Assembly (NCBI GenBank): GCA_037190965.1
Contig: JBBCKI010000059.1
Span: 1-57,694, forward strand
Direction of reading: 5' to 3'
Length of the DNA: 57,694 nt
Source of the DNA: Chthoniobacteraceae bacterium
GTDB lineage: Bacteria > Verrucomicrobiota > Verrucomicrobiia > Chthoniobacterales > Chthoniobacteraceae
Shown one piece after another: positions 49,742-57,694 of this stretch. How positions within the stretch are numbered: position 1 is the first letter of the stretch; each line of letters begins with the position of its first letter. The notes beneath the pieces are model-generated. The model was not told the origin of the DNA, ran no database searches, and was given only the letters and a program-made list of their open reading frames with translations. A program made the translations under genes and the position numbers.

Positions 49742-49910
49742 GTCGGGTTATTGTTTCGAAAAGAATCGCCCTTCAAGCATTAATTGCCGTGCAAAAAAAG
49801 CGGGACCGAGGAAGTTGCCGTACTCTGACGCGGGAGGCACGTCAAAAAGTTGCTTCGCCCCCGGGCGGTTCTTGTTTATTGAAGGGAATCGCTGATTCCA
49901 AAGACTACCC

Positions 49911-50657
49911 GTGAAAGAAAAAGTCCAAAAAATACGCCTCGACGTCCTGCTCGTGGAGCGCGGCCTCTTTGAAAGCCGCGAAAAAGCGCAGCGCGCCATC
50001 ATGGCCGGAAGCGTAAGGGTGGGGGAGTCCCTTGCGGACAAACCCGGCACCCGGGTGCCGGAGGATGCCGCCCTCTCCGTGCAGGAGAAATGCCGCTATG
50101 TCGGGCGCGGTGGCTTGAAGCTTGAGGCGGCATTGAGCCATTTTGCGGTCGATCCCGCCGGGAAGATCTGCCTCGACATCGGCGCCTCCACCGGTGGCTT
50201 TACCGACTGCCTGCTTCAGCACGGGGCGGCCAAGGTGCACGCGGTGGATGTCGGCCACAGCCAGTTGGACTGGAAAATTCGCAGCGACCCTCGCGTGGTG
50301 GTTCGCGAAAAACTCAACGCCCGGTTTCTCACGCACGAAGAGATTCCGGATACCATCGACCTCTGCGTCATTGACGTCTCGTTCATCTCGCTCACCCTGA
50401 TTTTGCCCGCCGCGTTTGGTCTTTTGAAACCGGGCGGCGTTATTCTCGCGCTCATCAAACCGCAGTTTGAACTGGGCAAGGAGGAGGTCGACAAGGGACG
50501 GGGAGTGGTGCGAGATCCCGAGGCCCAGCGGCGTGCCGTGGAGAAGATCGAGAATTTCGTGCGGGACACGCTGGCAAAAAGCTGTCATGGGGTGATCGAG
50601 TCGCCGATCCTCGGTGGCGAAGGAAACCGCGAATTTTTAGCATGTCTCCGCAATTGA
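49911..50657 (+). CDS. tlyA: TlyA family RNA methyltransferase
   Basis: S4 domain RLDVLLVERG; DIGASTGGFTD, DVSFISL, KPQFE. Confidence 0.95.
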   Translation: MKEKVQKIRLDVLLVERGLFESREKAQRAIMAGSVRVGESLADKPGTRVPEDAALSVQEKCRYVGRGGLKLEAALSHFAVDPAGKICLDIGASTGGFTDCLLQHGAAKVHAVDVGHSQLDWKIRSDPRVVVREKLNARFLTHEEIPDTIDLCVIDVSFISLTLILPAAFGLLKPGGVILALIKPQFELGKEEVDKGRGVVRDPEAQRRAVEKIENFVRDTLAKSCHGVIESPILGGEGNREFLACLRN

Positions 50658-51508
50658 TCGGGCTTGTTGCCCACGCAGGTAAGCCAAGAGCCGGCGAATT
50701 GACCCGTCTGCTTTTGGAGGAATTCCGTGCTCGCGGGGCCGCCGTGCTCCTTGAGTCGGAGACGGCCACGATCATCGGCGAGGCGGACGGCCTGCCGGTC
50801 GTCGAGCTTGGGCGGCGCGTCTCCATGCTGGTTGTGCTCGGCGGGGATGGCACGTTGCTGCGCACGGTGCACCAACTCGGCGCGGCGGTTTGCCCGGTAT
50901 TCGGCATCAATCTCGGTTCCCTCGGCTTCCTGACATGCGTCAATTCGCTCGCGTCCAGCGAGGCGGTCGAGGCGATCTGCTCCGGAAAGTTTGTCCTGAG
51001 CCGCAGAACGATGTTGGATGTGCAGGTGGAACGCGGGGGCGAAGTGGTCGCGCGCGCCACCGGCCTCAATGACGCCGTCATTAGCCGCGGGGCTCTTTCC
51101 CGGCTCATCAAGCTCGATACCGCCATCGACGGCGAAGAGCTGACCCAGTACAACGCCGACGGATTGATCGTCGCCACTCCCACGGGGTCCACCGCCTATT
51201 CGATTTCGGCGGGCGGGCCTGTCATCCTGCCCAACTCAGGCGTTTTCGTCATCACTCCCATCTGTCCGCACGTCCTGACCAACCGCTCCGTCATCGTGGC
51301 GGATCAATCCGAAATCACCGTCAGCCCCATTCGGGGGCAACGGGAGGTTTCCCTGGCCGTGGACGGGCAGGAACCCATCAGAATCGAGGAGGGGGACCTC
51401 ATCCGGATCCGGAAAAGCCCTCATAAGCTGCCTTTGGCGATGCTGCCCGATCTCTCATTTTGCGAGATCCTGCGGCAGAAGCTCAAATGGAGCGGCAGCG
51501 CCATATGA
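50642..51508 (+). CDS. nadK: NAD(+) kinase
   Basis: GGDGT, GINLGSLGFL, ADGLIVATPTGSTAY. Confidence 0.95.
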   Translation: MSPQLIGLVAHAGKPRAGELTRLLLEEFRARGAAVLLESETATIIGEADGLPVVELGRRVSMLVVLGGDGTLLRTVHQLGAAVCPVFGINLGSLGFLTCVNSLASSEAVEAICSGKFVLSRRTMLDVQVERGGEVVARATGLNDAVISRGALSRLIKLDTAIDGEELTQYNADGLIVATPTGSTAYSISAGGPVILPNSGVFVITPICPHVLTNRSVIVADQSEITVSPIRGQREVSLAVDGQEPIRIEEGDLIRIRKSPHKLPLAMLPDLSFCEILRQKLKWSGSAI

Positions 51509-51978
51509 TTACCATCGGAGACATTCTCACCCCCAAACAAGTTGTCCTGGAACTGACTGCCACCACGCGCGAGTCCGCCATTCTCGAAGTGGCCCAACTC
51601 CTGAGGGGAGACGAGCGGGTGCGGGATTGGAACGCCTTCGTCGGCGCGATCAAAACCGGAAGTTCCTGCATGGCCAATGAAAACGGCTATGGAGTCTGCA
51701 TTCCGCACGCCCGAACCAATCAGGTCTCCACAATGGTCATGGCGGTGGGACGAACGCCCAAAGGGATCTGGTTCGGTGAAGAAGGCGACCCCGCAAGAGT
51801 GCTCGCTCATTACATCATCGTCATCGGCGTCCCGGTGGCGTTGGCTGCCGATTACCTCCGGATCATCGGAGCCATCGCGCGCACCTTTCGTTCCACCAAA
51901 AGCGAAGCCGCCTTGCGCGCCGCGCAAACGAAGCAGGAATTCATCCGGCTTCTGACGGCCAACGAGACGCCGATTTAG
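51505..51978 (+). CDS. PTS EIIA domain protein (Ntr/Fru type)
   Basis: GVCIPHART phospho-His motif; start overlaps the nadK stop (ATGA). Confidence 0.85.
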   Translation: MITIGDILTPKQVVLELTATTRESAILEVAQLLRGDERVRDWNAFVGAIKTGSSCMANENGYGVCIPHARTNQVSTMVMAVGRTPKGIWFGEEGDPARVLAHYIIVIGVPVALAADYLRIIGAIARTFRSTKSEAALRAAQTKQEFIRLLTANETPI

Positions 51979-51983
51979 TGAGT

Positions 51984-52577
51984 ATGAGCGGTAGACGCGA
52001 ACTACAACGCCGCGACCACGAGAACGAGAGGTTCTCCGGAATGACATTCCAGGACGAAGATCTGGAGGGAACCACGTGGGAATCCTGCCTTTTTGAGAAA
52101 TGCAACCTGAGCGGGTTGAAACTCAAGCAAAGCACCCTGAGTGATTGCACCTTCACGGACTGCGATCTCTCGAACCTGAGCGTTCCGAACTCGCGCTTTA
52201 ATCGCGTCTCGTTTCTCCGCTGCAAGATGCTCGGCATCAAATGGACCGATGCGGATCAATTGCTGTTTTCCATCTCCGCGAGGGAATGCAACCTGAGCTT
52301 CAGCAACTTCTTCGGGATGAAGCTGAAAAAGACGCCATTTACCGACAGCAAGGCGCAGGGGGTTATCTTCACCGACGCGGATCTGACAGAGGCGGATATG
52401 CGGAAATCTGATTTCGAAGAGGCGATCTTTCTGAACACGAACCTCTCCAAAGCGGATTTTACCGGTGCCATCAACTACGACATCGACATCCTGAGCAACA
52501 AGGTCAAACAGGCCAAATTCAACTTTCCCGAGGCCGCGAGATTACTCCGCTCCTTGGGGATTAAGATCGAAGTCTGA
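51984..52577 (+). CDS. Pentapeptide repeat protein
   Basis: Tandem xxFxx/xDLxx pentapeptides (CTFTD CDLSN, ADLTE ADMRK, TNLSK ADFTG); start could instead be the GTG at 51978. Confidence 0.9.
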   Translation: MSGRRELQRRDHENERFSGMTFQDEDLEGTTWESCLFEKCNLSGLKLKQSTLSDCTFTDCDLSNLSVPNSRFNRVSFLRCKMLGIKWTDADQLLFSISARECNLSFSNFFGMKLKKTPFTDSKAQGVIFTDADLTEADMRKSDFEEAIFLNTNLSKADFTGAINYDIDILSNKVKQAKFNFPEAARLLRSLGIKIEV

Positions 52578-52697
52578 GTCAGGCGCACAAACAGGCAAAA
52601 AAAGTGCGGAATTCCGGAAGGGACAAACCAGCAACCCAACCGGAACCCGCAATAGAACTTCCGTTCATTTAACGGAAAGTCAAACGGTTGTTCTGAA

Positions 52698-52727
52698 GGA
52701 ATTATGATGACATGCAATCAGAATTCT
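52698..52727 (+). promoter_or_regulatory. 30-bp palindromic site 1 (contains the stop codon of the 128-aa gene)
   Basis: GGAATTATGAT-GACATGCA-ATCAGAATTCT. Confidence 0.7.
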
Positions 52728-53104
52728 TCCTGTCCAGTCGCATCGAAACACCGTTGAAAATCTGCCGCATTGGAGGCAATCATCGAATCCGCCACTTTTT
52801 CGGCTGAGACCCGGTTGCTGCCTTCTGCCACCGCCTTTTCAACGTAATCACGCTTCCAGGCCTCCGAAAGAAGGCGCGTCACCGTTTCACGCAAAGTCTC
52901 ATTCTCCCGTTCCGCAATGAGCGAGATGTTGTAATAAAGCCCGGCCGGAAGCTCGACCTGCAACCGCCGCACCCGAAAGCTCCCGCGCTCCCGATGTCGC
53001 CGGGCAGCTTGGCGAAGCTGCTTTTTCCGATCGACGCCGCTGGAAGGGCGACCGCGTTTTTTAGGGGCAGGGGATACTTCGGGTTCAGGGATTTCTGATT
53101 GCAT
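52718..53104 (-). CDS. Small putative DNA-binding protein (KKRGRP motif, basic helix, ribbon-helix-helix-like; YbfE-like architecture)
   Basis: 128 aa: KKRGRPSS, RKKQLRQAARRHRER, RRLQVELPAGLYYNISLIAERENETLRETVTRLL; -10-like CATAAT 9 nt before the ATG. Confidence 0.65.
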   Translation of the reverse strand: MQSEIPEPEVSPAPKKRGRPSSGVDRKKQLRQAARRHRERGSFRVRRLQVELPAGLYYNISLIAERENETLRETVTRLLSEAWKRDYVEKAVAEGSNRVSAEKVADSMIASNAADFQRCFDATGQEEF

Positions 53105-53118
53105 GTCATCAAAATTAT
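53089..53118 (-). promoter_or_regulatory. 30-bp palindromic site 2 (inverted orientation; contains the start codon of the 128-aa gene)
   Basis: GGATTTCTGAT-TGCATGTC-ATCAAAATTAT; core is the reverse complement of the site 1 core. Confidence 0.7.
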
Positions 53119-53121
53119 GGG

Positions 53122-53151
53122 GGATTTTTGATGATATGTAATCAAAAAAGT
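53122..53151 (+). promoter_or_regulatory. 30-bp palindromic site 3 (degenerate; overlaps the predicted -35 region)
   Basis: GGATTTTTGAT-GATATGTA-ATCAAAAAAGT. Confidence 0.6.
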
Positions 53152-53303
53152 AAGGCTATCCTCCTCAAGGAAGCGATCCACGTGACGGTCACGATGAGCC
53201 CGCGGTTTAACTGGTTGCCATCGAAACTCATCATCCAGACAAGATGTGGCTTTCTGCACGTTCCGGATTTTTGGATTGGGCTTCGGTTGTTTTGACGTGT
53301 GCA

Positions 53304-53821
53304 CGATCCACAACAGTAGTCAAAGGCCGCGCGCCGAGCCAAAAGCGGGCAGCAACTTTGCAAATCAACGGTCGCTGGCGAACTCCCAGGGGGGCATCAT
53401 ATTCGGCACCAGGACCGTCACTCGCCAGGATTCACACAGTAGGCGATTTTATATGACGTATATTGTATGATGTTGTAAATAAGGCGCTCTTGCGGAGCAA
53501 TTTGCCGGGTTGTGAATAAGTTGTGGGAAAACTTTGCCCCACCCCACGATGACCCCTATTTGCCCTCGTTGGCTCGAAGTTGTTCACCGGGTCGCTCTTT
53601 CCTTCATCGCTTGGCGGCCTGATTGGCCGCCTTTTCCGCGCCAAATCGGTGCGTTGTTGCGACGTTATTGACGACGTCTTGTGCGCCGAAGTTGATGTCA
53701 CCTCCGGGTCGCCTGGGCGTCGTCCAAGGCGCTTGAATGCACCTTAAAGCCCCGCCGAGGTCACCCCAAGATCCAGCACCCCGGAGTGCGGCTTTTCGCG
53801 AAATTCACACGCCTATTCACA
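53304..53821. other. DnaA-box-like cluster with AT-rich tract; candidate replication origin
   Basis: TTATTCACA (53511-53519, minus), TTTCCCACA (53522-53530, minus), AAATTCACA 53801, CTATTCACA 53813, weaker boxes at 53304, 53428, 53580; AT-rich 53446-53482. Confidence 0.35.
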
Positions 53822-53886
53822 TCGAAATCAGGCGCGTCGCACCTCGATCTACCGAAGTTTAGAGCGGGCATCAGATTTACTCTGGC

Positions 53887-53971
53887 GGTGTTAAAATTTC
53901 ACCCCTTTTGAGTAATACACCTTTTCAGCTAAAAAGGTGTATTACTCCTTGGGGCGTGAAATAAAAACACC
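53887..53971. repeat. ~85-bp imperfect palindrome with 38-bp near-perfect core
   Basis: GAGTAATACACCTTTT-CAGCTA-AAAAGGTGTATTACTC (53910-53947) flanked by GGTGTT..ATTTCAC.CCC and GGG.GTGAAAT..AACACC. Confidence 0.8.
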
Positions 53972-54076
53972 TCTCCACGAGTCGAGCAAGATTTGGCTCT
54001 TTTGCCCCTTGCCAAATGAGGGTTATCGGGGGCTCTCTTACCCCCGATAGCGACTTCCTGAGCGCGCCCCTCGAGA

Positions 54077-54106
54077 GGAATTATGATGACATGCAATCAT
54101 AATTCC
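54077..54106 (+). promoter_or_regulatory. 30-bp palindromic site 4 (perfect arms)
   Basis: GGAATTATGAT-GACATGCA-ATCATAATTCC; first 23 nt identical to site 1. Confidence 0.75.
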
Positions 54107-54127
54107 GGTCCGGTTTTTTAACCGGAT

Positions 54128-57100
54128 TTACTCCATCAAAAGCGACTCGATTTCGCCGATGGATAGTCCTTCCATGAGCGGTTCTTCCGTCTCGATGGTG
54201 GCGTCGATCATCTCCCGTTTCTTGCGTTGCAGGTTCAGGATTTTCTCCTCCACGGTGCCGCGCGCAATGAGCTTGTACGAGGTCACCACGCTCTGCTGCC
54301 CGATTCGGTGGGCGCGGTCGGTGGCTTGCGCTTCAACGGCCGGGTTCCACCATGGATCGAAATGGATGACGGTATCCGCGGCGGTCAGATTCAATCCCGT
54401 ACCGCCGGCTTTGAGACTGATCAGGAAGACCGGGATATTTCCCGCCTGAAAGCGATCCACCTCCATGGCGCGGTCGCGTGTCTGCCCATCGAGATAACAA
54501 TAACCGATGTCGGCTTTCTCCAGTTCCTGCTTCAGGAGCGCCAACATCGAGACGAACTGACTGAAAACGAGCACCCTGTGCCCGCCGTCGATGGCTTCGG
54601 AAAGCAGTTCGTTGAAAAGCTCCACCTTGCCGGAGACCGACTCCTTGGTGGGATTGGTTCCCTCCTCCTTGTTGAGCAAACGCAAGTCGCACGACGCCTG
54701 GCGCAGTCGCAGAAGCGCCGTCAGCATCAACATCCGGGCGCGGCCCGCGTTCTTTTCACCCTGAGCCTGTTCCACCTGCGCGCGCGCCCCCTGGAGTAAC
54801 GCCGAGTAGGTTTTCCGCTGCGCCTCGTTGAGTTCGCAATAGGCTACCTGCTCCAGCTTTTGCGGCAGATCGGTGGCAACGTCCTGCTTCTTGCGGCGAA
54901 GAAGAAACGGCCGCAGACGTTTGGAAAGCCGCGTCATCGCCTCGGTGGAGTTGTGGCGCGAGATCGGGATTTCGTACCGCTCGCGGAAGTCGTCCCTGTC
55001 GCCCAGGTACCCCGGCATGACGAAATTCATGAGCGACCAGATGTCGCGCACGGAGTTCTCCACCGGTGTACCGGTGAGGATAAACTTCCGTTCAGCGCGT
55101 AAAATTCCCGCCGCCTGGGCGTTCTGCGTGTCGGGGTTTTTGATGTGCTGGGCCTCGTCGAGAACAATGGTCGAAAACTCAAACGAACGGTAGCGCTCCG
55201 CGTCGCGACGAAGCAACGGGTAGCTCGTGATGACGAGATCGGCGTTTTGGATTTCCGTAAAAAGGCGCGCGCGGTTGCCGCCTTCGATGACCAATACTTT
55301 CCTTTCTGGCGTAAATTTCTCCACCTCTCGCCGCCAGTTAAAGACCAGCGACGAGGGGCAGACTACCAGTGCGGGGCCGGGTCTCGACCGCAGAAACGCC
55401 AGCGCCTGAAGTGTTTTTCCGAGACCCATGTCGTCGGCAAGGACACCCCCCAGCCCATTGCTGGCCAGAAAGCCGAGCCACGAAGCGCCGTACTTTTGGT
55501 AACTCCGCAGGACGGGTTCAAGATCGCCGAGCGCCAGGGGTTCAATCTCTTTTTGCCCCCGTTGGGTTTGCGCCCAGGTCCGCCACTTCGGCGGAGCCGC
55601 CAGGTTGAAACCGGCCTCCGCCACCGATGCGTCGAGATAACCCGCATGCGCCTGGCCGATCCGGTAGGTGCCCGGTTGCCGTTGCTCGGGGTTGCAATCG
55701 CGCAGCACCGTCTTGAAATCATCGAGCAGCGCGGTGCTGAAAACGGCCATCTTTCCGCTCTTGAGCCGGACATGATTCTGACCGAGCTGAAGAAGCCGCT
55801 GCACCTCCGCCGCGGAAAAACGCTCGCCGCCGGAAGCCGCCAGATCGAACTGAAGCTCAAACCACTCCTCGCCGGATCCGATGATTTCCACGCGCGGCGT
55901 AATCCGCTCGATGTTCTCGGTGATCCGGCCAAATCGCGCCCCCAGTGTCACTTCCCAGTCGCGCTGCAATTGGGGGTATCCTTCCCCGAAAAAAGCGAGG
56001 ATCGTCCGCTCCCCCCGCAGGATGAAATGCCCCGTGGTGTCGGGCCCGGTGAAACCGTAGCGGGTCAGCTTCGCAAGCGCTTCACGCTCCGCTTCGATGT
56101 TGCGGCAGAGAATCCGCGAAGGGTCTTTGGGATCAGGAAACGCCCAGTTCTCCGTCGGGTTGGTCACTCCAATCGTCACGACCCGCTTGGAATAAATCCG
56201 CTGGAGTCGCGCTGTAAGATGATTGAGCGAGCCCTCCAACGTCAGCGAAAACGCCCCGGCCTCCGGCGTCAGCTTGGGGGCTTCCCCCGCAACCGCGTTG
56301 CCGGTGACCGCGAAATAGGCGCGCAACGTCGGGAGTTCGTTGGCCAGAAAAGTTCCCGCCTGTTCGGCGGGCAGCATGATGTCGCGGCGCAAAAGATCGA
56401 GATACGCGGGAGGCAACCCCGGCGCGACCGGCGCCAGCATCGCCCCTTTGAGGGACCAGGCCTGCGTGGTTCCCAAAAGCAATCGCGTCTCCCCGGGCCA
56501 TTCGACATGGAGAGAGAGCCTCCCCTGCCCGTCCATCTTTGCCTCCAGCTTCGGCAAAACGGCCGTTTTCGAAACCTCAACCGCCGTGGTTTTCCCGAAG
56601 GTCACGCGCGGATGACCGCGAAGCCCCTCCAGCAAAATGAGCGCTTTTTCGCATGGCAACGAAAGCATCCCGGCCACCGCGCCGCCATTCAGCTTCCTCA
56701 GCGTTTCGACAAGCTGAAGATCCGCGGGCGAGCAGCGAAAGGTTCCGCGTTCATTCAGGGCGTTGACGAGCACCCGGCGGCTCCCGTGCTGCGCCTCCAC
56801 CCCCACGGTGATATTGCCGCGCTCCCAGGCTGCACCGAATTGGGGAGGAAAAACCACCGACAGGGAAACCGGTTCAGCCGGAGTATCCATCCCGGTGACA
56901 AAGTGTGGCCCCCTTTTCACCTCCGACGCGGCCGCTGGGAGAGACTCATTTCGGGTGATTGACGGCGCGGGAGCCACCGTGGCGGGCCGGGGTGCCGACG
57001 CAATCTTCGGAGCCAGAAAAGCAAAACCAACCGCGAGCGAATGAGGGCAGATTGTCCCCCACTCCCGCGACTGGCGGCAGGTGCAGATGTTTTCGATGTC

Positions 57101-57286
57101 ACTCTTGGAAGAAATCTTCAACCCGGCACGAAACTCGGAGTCCCCCTCCCTCACTACCCCCTTGAGCAACGGGGGGATATAGGCGGCGCTCACCACCCGC
57201 CCGGTTTCATACAGGGCGCGGGCGTGCTTCACGGCTTGCCAGCCGCCAGCGTCCATCAACAGGCGCTCGGTCAATTCAATGGCCAT
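54128..57286 (-). CDS. SWIM zinc finger + SNF2/DEAD-box helicase
   Basis: CTC...CPH SWIM motif; LADDMGLGKTLQ, LDEAQ, LTGTPVEN, SLKAGGTGLNL, QATDRAHRIGQ. Confidence 0.95.
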   Translation of the reverse strand: MAIELTERLLMDAGGWQAVKHARALYETGRVVSAAYIPPLLKGVVREGDSEFRAGLKISSKSDIENICTCRQSREWGTICPHSLAVGFAFLAPKIASAPRPATVAPAPSITRNESLPAAASEVKRGPHFVTGMDTPAEPVSLSVVFPPQFGAAWERGNITVGVEAQHGSRRVLVNALNERGTFRCSPADLQLVETLRKLNGGAVAGMLSLPCEKALILLEGLRGHPRVTFGKTTAVEVSKTAVLPKLEAKMDGQGRLSLHVEWPGETRLLLGTTQAWSLKGAMLAPVAPGLPPAYLDLLRRDIMLPAEQAGTFLANELPTLRAYFAVTGNAVAGEAPKLTPEAGAFSLTLEGSLNHLTARLQRIYSKRVVTIGVTNPTENWAFPDPKDPSRILCRNIEAEREALAKLTRYGFTGPDTTGHFILRGERTILAFFGEGYPQLQRDWEVTLGARFGRITENIERITPRVEIIGSGEEWFELQFDLAASGGERFSAAEVQRLLQLGQNHVRLKSGKMAVFSTALLDDFKTVLRDCNPEQRQPGTYRIGQAHAGYLDASVAEAGFNLAAPPKWRTWAQTQRGQKEIEPLALGDLEPVLRSYQKYGASWLGFLASNGLGGVLADDMGLGKTLQALAFLRSRPGPALVVCPSSLVFNWRREVEKFTPERKVLVIEGGNRARLFTEIQNADLVITSYPLLRRDAERYRSFEFSTIVLDEAQHIKNPDTQNAQAAGILRAERKFILTGTPVENSVRDIWSLMNFVMPGYLGDRDDFRERYEIPISRHNSTEAMTRLSKRLRPFLLRRKKQDVATDLPQKLEQVAYCELNEAQRKTYSALLQGARAQVEQAQGEKNAGRARMLMLTALLRLRQASCDLRLLNKEEGTNPTKESVSGKVELFNELLSEAIDGGHRVLVFSQFVSMLALLKQELEKADIGYCYLDGQTRDRAMEVDRFQAGNIPVFLISLKAGGTGLNLTAADTVIHFDPWWNPAVEAQATDRAHRIGQQSVVTSYKLIARGTVEEKILNLQRKKREMIDATIETEEPLMEGLSIGEIESLLME

Positions 57287-57666
57287 ACGAAAGCCTATCG
57301 AACGCGTTGCCGCTGCCCAGAGAAATTCGACAGATTTTTACGAGAAATTCTCATCTTCATATGGCGTCGTAAAGGGCGATGTCGGGCGGACTGATTTAAA
57401 TTTAAAAATTTAAAGTAAAAACATCTGTAAGTTACTTATTTTCAATTTGATGAATAGATTCAAATCACGTTAAAAAATCGAATCATCGAAAATTTATTAT
57501 CGATTAACCTATTCAAATTGAGACTGTTAGAATTGTTTTTACCATAAATTTGTGAATATAGGAAAATAAGAGATTTCCAACGTGTCGTAACCGCCGTCAA
57601 AACAGAATCTTACAGTTGTTTTTCCCGGCAGATCTCGAAAAGTGATCCACTTTGGAAAGCGAGCAA

Positions 57667-57694
57667 GGTAGCCCGCTCTCGCCGAGAGCGCGGG
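57667..57694 (+). repeat. GTAG-type REP at window end
   Basis: GGTAGCCCGCTCTCGCCGAGAGCGCGGG. Confidence 0.85.

Noticed and set aside
53181..53193. CGTGACGGTCACG palindrome resembling matS
   Set aside because: Single copy with spacing different from GTGACRNYGTCAC; could be chance
53451..53478. ATATGACGTAT-ATTGTA-TGATGTTGTAA as a dif site
   Set aside because: Only a partial match to the XerD arm and a poor XerC arm; better treated as an AT-rich tract
52879..53701. Short ORFs of 70-144 aa in the origin-like region
   Set aside because: Mutually overlapping, no motifs, and they cross the palindromic sites; only the 128-aa ORF looks protein-like
54128..57286. SNF2 helicase as part of an anti-phage defence system
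   Set aside because: Standalone SWIM-SNF2 architecture, with no neighbouring methylase, nuclease or other defence genes in the window

Overview
GC-rich bacterial chromosomal window. It is most likely from a member of Verrucomicrobiota, inferred from the PEP-CTERM protein, the H-X9-DG prepilin-like protein and the PATR autotransporters. Housekeeping genes: pyc, queG-aroK-arfB, nagA, a Zn/Mn ABC transporter with YcgR/YcgQ-like permeases, tRNA-Val(GAC), an ABC-F ATPase, rluE-hflX-miaA-acp, tlyA-nadK-EIIA and a SWIM/SNF2 helicase. Three accessory regions stand out. (1) Two tandem giant autotransporters, each preceded by a pair of AlgR-like LytTR boxes, downstream of a MASE1 kinase/LytTR pair. (2) A LacI - prepilin-like - PEP-CTERM - DUF4838-like secreted-protein locus. 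(3) An unexplained ~1.5 kb module (52.6-54.1 kb) in which a small RGRP/ribbon-helix-helix gene has its start and stop codons inside copies of a 30-bp palindrome present four times. The same module holds tandem DnaA-box-like pairs, an AT-rich tract and an ~85-bp near-palindrome. Three families of small non-autonomous repeats are present: GTAG-type REPIN-like ~160-bp elements, a CTCGTTCCC-type element and a TA-flanked MITE that supplies the rluE stop codon. No transposase, integrase, reverse transcriptase or CRISPR array was seen. All calls were made by eye from the sequence and ORF track; no searches were run.
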